A stretch of 64,000 bases of DNA from Balanoglossus misakiensis. Taxonomy: Eukaryota; Animalia; Hemichordata. Positions 36,090 through 48,400 of the stretch are shown here, one piece after another. Location of the stretch: the NCBI GenBank assembly GCA_040954595.2, contig CM082582.2, positions 372,001-436,000 on the forward strand, in the 5' to 3' direction. Under the pieces are notes generated by a model, which worked only from the letters and a program-made list of their open reading frames with translations, was not told the DNA's origin and did no database searches. Both the position numbers and the translations under genes were made by a program. How positions within the stretch are numbered: position 1 is the stretch's first letter; each line of letters opens with the position of its first letter.

Positions 36090-39000
36090 AAGATTACCAG
36101 ATGGACCAATCACAGATGTAGGTACATATGTCATGGACCTGACTTATGAAACAGGACTAATATGACAGACACTAGCGCACGTTAGCAACGGTGATCAAGT
36201 CAGATTTTCTACGGCATGGCTGGGATAAAGCCCCGGCACTCTAGAGCAGAAACACGCGTACAGAGACCACGTTGATCAAGTCTGATCTCCTACGGCTTGG
36301 CTCGACTAAAACCCCGGCACACTATGACAGACACTAGCGTTCGTTAGCAACGTTGATCAAGTCAGATTTCCTACGGCATGGCTTGGCTAAAGCCCTGGCA
36401 CTCTAGAGCAGAAACACGCGTACAGAGACCACGTTGATCTACTCTCATTTCCTTCGGCCTGGCACAGCTGATGCCCCGGCACTATATATAGGACACAGAC
36501 TGGCGTAAGTTAACAACGGTAATCACGTCGGGTTTCCTACGGCCTGGCTCAGCTGAAGCCCCGGCACTCTAGAGCAGAAACAGGCGTACATTGACCACGT
36601 TGATCAAGTCAGATGTCCTACGGCGTGACTCCGCTGGTGCACCGGCTCTATATGACACAGACTGGCGTAAGTTATCAACGGTGATTACGTCGGATTTCCT
36701 ACGGCCTGGTTTAGCTCAAGCCCCGGCACTTTAGAGCGGAAACACGCGTACATTGACCACGATGATCAAGTCAGATCTCCTACGGCTTGGCTCGACTAAA
36801 ACCCCGGCACACTATGACAGACACTAGCGTTCGTTAGCAACGTTGATCAAGTCAGATTTCCTACGGCATGGCTTGGCTAAAGCCCTGGCATTCTAGAGCA
36901 GAAACACGCGTACAGAGACCACATTGATCTACTCACATTTCCTTAGGCCTGGCACGGCTGATGCCCCGCACTATATATAGGACACAGACTGGCGTAAGTT
37001 AACAACGGTAATCACGTCGGGTTTCCTACGGCCTGGATCAGCTGAAGCCCCGGCACTCTAGAGCAGAAACAGGCGTACATTGACCACGTTGATCAAGTCA
37101 GATTTCCTACGGCCTGGTTCGACTAAAACCCCGGCACACCATGACAGACACTAGCGTTCGTTAGCAACGGTGATCAAGTCGGATTTCCTTCGGCCTGGCT
37201 CGGCAAAAGACCCGACCCTCTAGTACAAAGACGTTGGCTAAGTCGGGCAAACCGAAGAGGGAAAGTCACAGCGGGTCAACACTCGACATTTGTTCGGGTA
37301 GGACTGCATTATTGCCTGTTAATTTATAGAGAAAGCCCGAATTTAACCAGGGCGCTTCAAACACCGACGTTAGTTGGGGGCACGGCCTGCAGTACTGCCG
37401 GGTAAGGTGACATCGGCGTACCGCATATAATGTAGGGGGGGGGGGAGAAACAGAACGGTTCAATACTACATTTATCAGATATCAGCTAATTTTGGACAAT
37501 CATCTAAAATCTAAATCATCTTTTCATATTTGGATATCTGATGATGTATGAAATTTCCATTATATGTAAAAATGGTGCTGATTATAAAAATGCACTCTGA
37601 ATGAGCTGATTTAATACAAAATTGCGTTTTATTCGTTTTTGCACCAAAAAGGTCATTTTTAGGCAAAAAATTCTTAATTTTTTTAATTCGGTGACCTGAT
37701 CATATATAAACAATTGCTTGTATGTTAAAAGTTTTTATGACTTTTAAAAGCAGTGACACTGGCGGCATTCAACACGAAAATAACAATTTTAGCCACAATT
37801 TGGTCAAAATGGTAAATTTTTGAAAATTACAAAAAATACCTGTTTTCTACATTTTTGGAAATCTGATGGAGTATAGAATGCTCTTCGTATGTATATATCG
37901 ATACAAATTCCATAAAAGACCGTCTAATTTGGCTCACTGCAGACAAAATTGCGTTTTACCAAATTTTCCTTGAAAATGTCATTTTTAGAAAAAAAAATAA
38001 AAAAACCTTTGTTCTTCAAATGTGGTGCCCTGATCATATATGACATGTTGATTGTATGTTAAAACTTTCGACCACTCCAAAAATGCAGAGATATTGACGG
38101 AATTCAAGAAAAAATAGCCATTTTGGCCATATTTTGACAAAATGGTACATTTTTGAAAAATCATAAAAAATTAACTCTTTTTTTCATTTTCAGAAATATT
38201 ATGGAGCATGAAGTGTCGTTCTCTTGTAAAAAGTGCTGCAAATTCAAGAAAAGGCGGTATAATTTGAATCACCCATGACAAAATTGCAATTTTTCGACTT
38301 TTTTTCGAAAAATTGTCTTTTTTACAAAATAAATAAGAATAAATTCTTTTCTTAGTTTCAAACGGGTAGAGATACTTTCCACACGGGTTTTCTAACATTG
38401 AATTCCCGTTCATCAACTCAGATTTCCTACAGCATAAGTCGGCTAAAACCCTGACACTCTAGAGCAGAAACAGTTGCACACTGGTAACGTTGAACAAGTC
38501 GATTTTTCTACGGCCTGGCTCGGCTAAATCTCCGTCACAATATGACAGACACTAGCGTACGTTAGCAACGGTGATCAAGTCAGATTTTCTACGGCATGGG
38601 TTGGATAAAGCCCCGGCACTCTAGAGCAGAAACACACGTACAGAGACCACGTTGATCAAGTCTGATCTCCTACGGCTTGGCTCGACTAAAACCCCGGCAC
38701 ACTATGACAGACACTAGCGTTCGTTAGCAACGTTGATCAAGTCAGATTTCCTTCGGCATGGCTTGGCTAAAGCCCTGGCACTCTAGAGCAGAAACACGCG
38801 TACAGAGACCACGTTGATCTACTCACATTTCCTTCGGCCTGGCACGGCTGATGCCCCGGCACTATATATAGGACACAGACTGGCGTAAGTTAACAACGGT
38901 AATCACGTCGGGTTTCCTACGGCCTGGCGCAGCTGAAGCCCCGGCACTCTAGAGCAGAAACAGGCGTACATTGACCACGTTGATCAAGTCAGATTTCCAA

Positions 39001-42000
39001 CGGCGTGATTCGGCTGGTGCACCGGCTCTATATGACACAGACTGGCGTAAGTTATCAACGGTGATTACGTCGGATTTCCTACGGCATGGTTTAGCTGAAG
39101 CCCCGGCACTTTAGAGCGGAAACACGCGTACATTGACCACGATGATCAAGTCAGATCTCCTACGGCCTGGCTCTTCTAAAACCCCGGCACACCATGACAG
39201 ACACTAGCGTTCGTTAGCAACGGTGATCAAGTCGGATTTCCTTCGGCCTGGCTCTGCAAAAGACCCGACACATTAGTACAAAGACGTTGGCTAAGTCGGG
39301 CAAACCGAAGAGGGAAAGTCACAGCGGGTCAACACTCGACATTTGTTCGGGTAGGACTGCATTATTGCCTGTCAATTTATAGAGAAAGCCCTAATTTAAC
39401 CAGGGCGTTTCAAACACCGACGTTATTTGGGGGCACGGCCTGCAGTACTGCCGGGTAAGCTGACATCGGCGTACCGCATATAATGTAGGGGGGGGGACAG
39501 AACGGTTCAATACTACATTTATTAGATATCAGCTAATTTTGGACAATCATCTAAAATCTAAATCATTTTTTCATATTTGGATATCTGATGATGTATGAAA
39601 TTTCCAATATATGTAAAAATGGTGCTGATTATAAAAAATGCACTCTGAATGAGCTGATTTAATACAAAATTCCGTTTTATTCGTTTTTGCACCAAAAAGT
39701 TCATTTTTAGGCAAAACATTCTTTATTTTTTTAATTCGGTGGCCTGATCATATATAAGCAATTGCTTGCATGTTAAAAGTTTTTATGACTTTTAAAAGCA
39801 GTGACACTGGCGGCATTCAACACGAAAATAACAATTTTAACCACAATTTGGTCAAAATGGTAAATTTTTGAAAATTACAAAAAATACCTGTTTTCTACAT
39901 TTTCGGAAATCTGATGGAGTATAGAATGCTCTTCGTATATATATATCGATACAAATTCCACAAAAGACCGTCTAATTTGGCTCACTGCAGACAAAATTGC
40001 GTTTTACCAAATTTTCCTTGAAAATGTCATTTTTAGAAAAATAAAATAAAAAAACCTTCGTTCTTCGAATTTGGTGCCCTGATCATATATGACATGTTGA
40101 TTGTATGTTAAAACTTTCGACCACTCCAAAAATGCAGAGATATTGACGGAATTCAAGAAAAAATAGCCATTTTGGCCATATTTTGACAAAATGGTACATT
40201 TTTGAAAAATCATAAAAAATTAACTCTTTTTTTCATTTTCAGAAATATTATGGAGCATGAAGTGTCGTTCTCTTGTAAAAAGTGCTGCAAATTCAAGAAA
40301 AGGCGGTATAATTTGAATCACCCATGACAAAATTGCAATTTTTCGACTTTTTTTCGAAAAATTGTCTTTTTTACAAAATAAATAAGAATAAATTCTTTTC
40401 TTAGTTTCAAACGGGTAGAGATACTTTCCACACGGGTTTTCTAACATTGAATTCCCGTTCATCAACTCAGATTTCCTACAGCATAAGTCGGCTAAAACCC
40501 TGACACTCTAGAGCAGAAACAGTTGCACACTGGTAACGTTGAACAAGTCGATTTTTCTACGGCCTGGCTCGGCTAAATCTCCGTCACAATATGACAGACA
40601 CTAGCGTACGTTAGCAACGGTGATCAAGTCAGATTTTCTACGGCATAGCTCGGATAAAGCCCCGGCACTCTAGAGCAGAAACACACGTACAGAGACCACG
40701 TTGATCAAGTCTGATCTCCTACGGCTTGGCTCGACTAAAACCCCGGCACACTATGACAGACACTAGCGTTCGTTAGCAACGTTGATCAAGTCAGATTTCC
40801 TTCGGCATGGCTTGGCTAAAGCCCTGGCACTCTAGAGCAGAAACACGCGTACAGAGACCACGTTGATCTACTCACATTTCCTTCGGCCTGGCACGGCTGA
40901 TGCCCCGGCACTATATATAGGACACAGACTGGCGTAAGTTAACAACGGTAATCACGTCGGGTTTCCTACGGCCTGGCGCAGCTGAAGCCCCGGCACTCTA
41001 GAGCAGAAACAGGCGTACATTGACCACGTTGATCAAGTCAGATTTCCAACGGCGTGATTCGGCTGGTGCACCGGCTCTATATGACACAGACTGGCGTAAG
41101 TTATCAACGGTGATTACGTCGGATTTCCTACGGCATGGTTTAGCTGAAGCCCCGGCACTTTAGAGCGGAAACACGCGTACATTGACCACGATGATCAAGT
41201 CAGATCTCCTACGGCCTGGCTCTTCTAAAACCCCGGCACACCATGACAGACACTAGCCTTCGTTAGCAACGGTGATCAAGTCGGATTTCCTTCGGCCTGG
41301 CTCTGCAAAAGACCCGACACATTAGTACAAAGACGTTGGCTAAGTCGGGCAAACCGAAGAGGGAAAGTCACAGCGGGTCAACACTCGACATTTGTTCGGG
41401 TAGGACTGCATTATTGCCTGTCAATTTATAGAGAAAGCCCGAATTTAACCAGGGCGTTTCAAACACCGACGTTATTTGGGGGCACGGCCTGCAGTACTGC
41501 CGGGTAAGCTGACATCGGCGTACCGCATATAATGTAGGGGGGGGGGGGACAGAACGGTTCAATACTACATTTATTAGATATCAGCTAATTTTGGACAATC
41601 ATCTAAAATCTAAATCATTTTTTCATATTTGGATATCTGATGATGTATGAAATTTCCAATATATGTAAAAATGGTGCTGATTATAAAAAATGCACTCTGA
41701 ATGAGCTGATTTAATACAAAATTCCGTTTTATTCGTTTTTGCACCAAAAAGGTCATTTTTAGGCAAAACATTCTTTATTTTTTTAATTCGGTGGCCTGAT
41801 CATATATAAGCAATTGCTTGCATGTTAAAAGTTTTTATGACTTTTAAAAGCAGTGACACTGGCGGCATTCAACACGAAAATAACAATTTTAACCACAATT
41901 TGGTCAAAATGGTAAATTTTTGAAAATTACAAAAAATACCTGTTTTCTACATTTTCGGAAATCTGATGGAGTATAGAATGCTCTTCGTATATATATATCG

Positions 42001-45000
42001 ATACAAATTCCACAAAAGACCGTCTAATTTGGCTCACTGCAGACAAAATTGCGTTTTACCAAATTTTCCTTGAAAATGTCATTTTTAGAAAAATAAAATA
42101 AAAAAACCTTCGTTCTTCGAATTTGGTGCCCTGATCATATATGACATGTTGATTGTATGTTAAAACTTTCGACCACTCCAAAAATGCAGAGATATTGACG
42201 GAATTCAAGAAAAAATAGCCATTTTGGCCATATTTTGACAAAATGGTACATTTTTGAAAAATCATAAAAAATTAACTCTTTTCTTCATTTTCGGAAATAT
42301 TATGGAGCATGAAGTGTCGTTCTCTTGTAAAAAGTGCTGCAAATTCCAGAAAAGGCGGTATAATTTGAATCACCCAAGACAAAATTGCAATTTTTCGACT
42401 TTTTTTCGAAAAATTGTCTTTTTTACAAAATAAATAAGAATAAATTCTTTTCTTAGTTTCAAACGGGTAGAGATACTTTCCACACGGGTTTTCTAACATT
42501 GAATTCCCGTTCATCAACTCAGATTTCCTACAGCATAAGTCGGCTAAAACCCTGACACTCTAGAGCAGAAACAGTTGCACACTGGTAACGTTGAACAAGT
42601 CGATTTTTCTACGGCCTGGCTCGGCTAAATCTCCGTCACAATATGACAGACACTAGCGTACGTTAGCAGCGGTGATCAAGTCAGATTTTCTACGGCATGG
42701 GTTGGATAAAGCCCCGGCACTCTAGAGCAGAAACACGCGTACAGAGACCACGTTGATCAAGTCTGATCTCCTACGGCTTGGCTCGACTAAAACCCCGGCA
42801 CACTATGACAGACACTAGCGTTCGTTAGCAACGTTGATCAAGTCAGATTTCCTACGGCATGGCTTGGCAAAAGCCCTGGCACTCTAGAGCAGAAACACGC
42901 GTACAGAGACCACGTTGATCTACTCACATTTCCTTCGGCCTGGCACGGCTGATGCCCCGGCACCATATATAGGACACAAACTGTCGTAAGTTAACAACGG
43001 TAATCACGTCGGGTTTCCTACGGCCTGGCTCAGCTGAAGCCCCGGCACTCTAGAGCAGAAACAGGCGTACATTGACCACGTTGATCAAGTCAGATTTCCT
43101 ACGGCGTGACTCGGCTGGTGCACCGGCTCTATATGACACAGACTGGCGTAAGTTATCAACGGTGATTACGTCGGATTTCCTACGGCCTGGTTTAGCTGAA
43201 GCCCCGACACTTTAGAGCGGAAACACGCGTACATTGACCACGATGATCAAGTCAGATCTCCTACGGCCTGGCTCGACTAAAACCCCGGCACACCATGACA
43301 GACACTAGCGTTCGTTAGCAACGGTGATCAAGTCGGATTTCCTTCGGCCTGGCTCTGCAAAAGACCCGACACTCTAGTACAAAGACGTTGGCTAAGTTGG
43401 GCAAACCGAAGAGGGAAAGTCGCAGCGGGTCAACACTCGACATTTGTTCCGGTAGGACTGCATTATTGCCTGTCGATTTATAGAGAGAGCCCGAATTTAA
43501 CCAGGGCGTTTCAAACACCGACGTTTGTTGGGGGCACGGCCTACAGTACTGCCGGGTAAGCTGACATCGGCGTACCGCATATAATGTAAGGGGGGGGGGG
43601 GGGACAGAACGGTTCAATACTACATTTATTAGATATCAGCTAATTTTGGACAATCATCTAAAATCTAAATCATTTTTTCATATTTGGATATCTGATGATG
43701 TATGAAATTTCCATTATATGTAAAAATGGTGCTTATTATAAAACATGCACTCTGAATGAACTGATTTAATACAAGATTGCGTTTTATTCGTTTTTGCACC
43801 AAAAAGGTCATTTTTAGGCAAAACATTCTTTATATTTTTAATTCGGTGACCTGATCATATATAAACAATTGCTTGTGTGTTAAAAGTTTTTATGGCTTTT
43901 AAAAGCAGTGACACTGGCGGCATTCATCATGAAAATAACAATTTTAGCCACAATTTGGTCAAAATGGTAAATTTTTGAAAATTACAAAAAATACCTGTTT
44001 TCTACATTTTCGGAAATCTGATGGAGTATAGAATGCTCTTCGTATGTATATATCGATACAAATTCCACAAAAGACCGTCTAATTTGGCTCACTGCAGACA
44101 AAATTGCGTTTTACCAAATTTTCCTTGAAAATGTCATTTTTAGAAAAAAAAATAAAAAAACCTTTATTCTTCGAATTTGGTGCCCTGATCATATATGACA
44201 TGTTGATTGTATGTTAAAACTCTCGACCTATCCAAAAATGCAGAGATATTGACGGAATTCAAGAAAAATAGCCATTTTGGCCATATTTTGACAAAAATGG
44301 TAAATTTTTGAAAAATCATAAAAAATTAACTCTTTTCTTCATTTTCGGAAATATTATGGAGCATGAAGTGTCGTTCTCTTGTAAAAAGTGCTGCAAATTC
44401 CAGAAAAGGCGGTATAATTTGAATCACCCAAGACAAAATTGCAATTTTTCGACTTTTTTTCGAAAAATTGTCTTTTTTACAAAATAAATAAGAATAAATT
44501 CTTTTCTTAGTTTCAAACGGGTAGAGATACTTTCCACACGGGTTTTCTAACATTGAATTCCCGTTCATCAACTCAGATTTCCTACTGCATAAGTCGGCTA
44601 AAACCCTGACACTCTAGAGCAGAAACAGTTGCACACTGGTAACGTTGAACAAGTCGATTTTTCTACGGCCTGGCTCGGCTAAATCTCCGTCACAATATGA
44701 CAGACACTAGCGTACGTTAGCAACGGTGATCAAGTCAGATTTTCTACGGCATGGGTTGGATAAAGCCCCGGCACTCTAGAGCAGAAACACGCGTACAGAG
44801 ACCACGTTGATCAAGTCTGATCTCCTACGGCTTGGCTCGACTAAAACCCCGGCACACTATGACAGACACTAGCGTTCGTTAGCAACGTTGATCAAGTCAG
44901 ATTTCCTACAGAATGGCTTGGCTAAAGCCCTGGCACTCTAGAGCAGAAACACGCGTACAGAGACCACGGTGATCTACTCACATTTCCTTCGGCCTGGCAC

Positions 45001-45406
45001 GGCTGATGCCCCGGCACTATATATAGGACACAAACTGGCGTAAGTTAACAACGGTAATCACGTCGGGTTTCCTACGGCCTGGCTCAGCTGAAGCCCCGGC
45101 ACTCTAGAGCAGAAACAGGCGTACATTGACCACGTTGATCAAGTCAGATTTCCTACGGCGTGACTCGGCTGGTGCACCGGCTCTATATGACACAGACTGG
45201 CGTAAGTTATCAACGGTGATTACGTCGGATTTCCTACGGCCTGGTTTAGCTGAAGCCCCGGCACTTTAGAGCGGAAACACGTGTACATTGACCACGATGA
45301 TCAAGTCAGATCTCCTACGGCCTGGCTCGACTAAAACCCCGGCACACCATGACAGACACTAGCGTTCGCTAGCAACGGTGATCAAGTCGGATTTCCTTCG
45401 GCCTGG

Positions 45407-48400
45407 CATACAATCAACATGTCATATATGATCAGGGCACCAAATTCGAAGAATAAAGGTTTTTTTATTTTTTTTTCTAAAAATGACATTTTCAAGGAAA
45501 ATTTGGTAAAACGCAATTTTGTCTGCAGTGAGCCAAATTAGACGGTCTTTTGTGGAATTTGTATCGATATATACATACGAAGAGCATTCTATACTCTATC
45601 AGATTTCCGAAAATGTAGAAAACAGGTATTTTTTGTAATTTTCAAAAATTTACCATTTTGACCAAATTGTGGCTAAAATTGTTATTTTCGTGATGAATGC
45701 CGCCAGTGTCACTGCTTTTAAAAGCCATAAAAACTTTTAACACACAAGCAATTGTTTATATATGATCAGGTCACCGAATTAAAAATATAAAGAATGTTTT
45801 GCCTAAAAATGACCTTTTTGGTGCAAAAACGAATAAAACGCAATCTTGTATTAAATCAGTTCATCCAGAGTGCATGTTTTATAATAAGCACCATTTTTAC
45901 ATATAATGGAAATTTCATACATCATCAGATATCCAAATATGAAAAAATGATTTAGATTTTAGATGATTGTCCAAAATTAGCTGATATCTAATAAATGTAG
46001 TATTGAACCGTTCTGTCCCCCCCCCCCCTTACATTATATGCGGTACGCCGATGTCAGCTTACCCGGCAGTACTGTAGGCCTTGCCCCCAACAAACGTCGG
46101 TGTTTGAAACGCCCTGGTTAAATTCGGGCTCTCTCTATAAATCGACAGGCAATAATGCAGTCCTACCTGAACAAATGTCGAGTGTTGACTCGCTGCGACT
46201 TTCCCTCTTCGGTTTGCCCAACTTAGCCAACGTCTTTGTACTAGAGTGTCGGGTCTTTTGCAGAGCCAGGCCGAAGGAAATCCGACTTGATCACCGTTGC
46301 TAACGACCGCTAGTGTCTGTCATGGTGTGCCGGGGTTTTAGTCGAGCCAGGCCGTAGGAGATCTGACTTGATCATCGTGGTCAATGTACGCGTGTTTCCG
46401 CTCTAAAGTGCCGGGGCTTCAGCTAAACCAGGCCGTAGGAAATCCGACGTAATCACCGTTGATAACTTACGCCAGTCTGTGTCATATAGAGCCGGTGCAC
46501 CAGCCGAGTCACGCCGTAGGAAATCTGACTTGATCAACGTGGTCAATGTACGCCTGTTTCTGCTCTAGAGTGCCGGGGCTTCAGCTGAGCCAGGCCGTAG
46601 GAAACCCGACGTGATTACCGTTGTTAACTTACGCCAGTTTGTGTCCTATATATAGTGCCGGGGCATCAGCCGTGCCAGGCCGAAGGAAATGTGAGTAGAT
46701 CAACGTGGTCTCTGTACGCGTGTTTCTGCTCTAGAGTGCCAGGGCTTTAGCCAAGCCATGCCGTAGGAAATCTGACTTGATCAACGTTGCTAACGAACGC
46801 TAGTGTCTGCCATAGTGTGCCGGGGTTTTAGTCGAGCCAAGCCGTAGGAGATCAGACTTGATCAACGTGGTCTCTGTACGCGTGTTTCTGCTCTAGAGTG
46901 CCGGGGCTTTATCCAACCCATGCCGTAGAAAATCTGACTTGATCACCGTTGCTAACGTACGCTAGTGTCTGTCATATTGTGACGGAGATTTAGCCGAGCC
47001 AGGCCGTAGAAAAATCGACTTGTTCAACGTTACCAGTGTGCAACTGTTTCTGCTCTAGAGTGTCAGGGTTTTAGCCGACTTATGCTGTAGGAAATCTGAG
47101 TTGATGAACGGGAATTCAATGTTAGAAAACCCGTGTGGAAAGTATCTCTACCCGTTTGAAACTAAGAAAAGAATTTATTCTTATTTATTTTGTAAAAAAG
47201 ACAATTTTTCGAAAAAAAGTCGAAAAATTGCAATTTTGTCTTGGGTGATTCAAATTATACCGCCTTTTCTGGAATTTGCAGCACTTTTTACAAGAGAACG
47301 ACACTTCATGCTCCATAATATTTCCGAAAATGAAGAAAAGAGTTAATTTTTTATGATTTTTCAAAAATGTACCATTTTGTCAAAATATGGCCAAAATGGC
47401 TATTTTTTCTTGAATTCCGTCAATATCTCTGCATTTTTGGAGTGGTCGAAAGTTTTAACATACAATCAACATGTCATATATGATCAGGGCACCAAATTCG
47501 AAGAACGAAGGTTTTTTTATTTTATTTTTCTAAAAATGACATTTTCAAGGAAAATTTGGTAAAACGCAATTTTGTCTGCAGTGAGCCAAATTAGACGGTC
47601 TTTTGTGGAATTTGTATCGATATATATATACGAAGAGCATTCTATACTCCATCAGATTTCCGAAAATGTAGAAAACAGGTATTTTTTGTAATTTTCAAAA
47701 ATTTACCATTTTGACCAAATTGTGGTTAAAATTGTTATTTTCGTGTTGAATGCCGCCAGTGTCACTGCTTTTAAAAGTCATAAAAACTTTTAACATGCAA
47801 GCAATTGCTTATATATGATCAGGCCACCGAATTAAAAAAATAAAGAATGTTTTGCCTAAAAATGACCTTTTTGGTGCAAAAACGAATAAAACGGAATTTT
47901 GTATTAAATCAGCTCATTCAGAGTGCATTTTTTATAATCAGCACCATTTTTACATATATTGGAAATTTCATACATCATCAGATATCCAAATATGAAAAAA
48001 TGATTTAGATTTTAGATGATTGTCCAAAATTAGCTGATATCTAATAAATGTAGTATTGAACCGTTCTGTCCCCCCCCTACATTATATGCGGTACGCCGAT
48101 GTCAGCTTACCCGGCAGTACTGCAGGCCGTGCCCCCAAATAACGTCGGTGTTTGAAACGCCCTGGTTAAATTCGGGCTTTCTCTATAAATTGACAGGCAA
48201 TAATGCAGTCCTACCCGAACAAATGTCGAGTGTTGACCCGCTGTGACTTTCCCTCTTCGGTTTGCCCGACTTAGCCAACGTCTTTGTACTAATGTGTCGG
48301 GTCTTTTGCAGAGCCAGGCCGAAGGAAATCCGACTTGATCACCGTTGCTAACGAACGCTAGTGTCTGTCATTGTGTGCCGGGGTTTTAGAAGAGCCAGGC

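Larger units (their letters stand above)
34827..36159. mobile_element. 1333-bp non-autonomous DNA transposon-like element with 13-bp TIRs, long subterminal inverted arms and no TSD (superfamily unresolved)
   Basis: The empty site in sister units is gtcaca|atatgac; here it reads gtcaca[ctagtcctgtttca...tgaaacaggacta]atatgac. TIRs are tagtcctgtttca (34828-34840) and tgaaacaggacta (36147-36159), with one extra C at the left end. No long ORF inside. Confidence 0.88.
30679..45407 (-). repeat. Array block D (inverted orientation, ~6.5 units, contains the 1.3-kb DNA element)
   Basis: Reverse-complement units from cgatttttctacggcc to ccttcggcctggc. Confidence 0.95.

Noticed and set aside
35032-36134. 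Four 61-77 aa ORFs inside the 1.3-kb element
   Set aside because: No DDE, HUH or tyrosine-recombinase motifs were seen. Two of them translate the inverted arms. The element appears non-coding.
34826-36160. TA or CTA target-site duplication (Tc1/mariner or PIF/Harbinger MITE)
   Set aside because: This would require an empty site of gtcacactaatatgac, whereas the sister units I read have gtcacaatatgac. The ta/cta bases therefore belong to the element.
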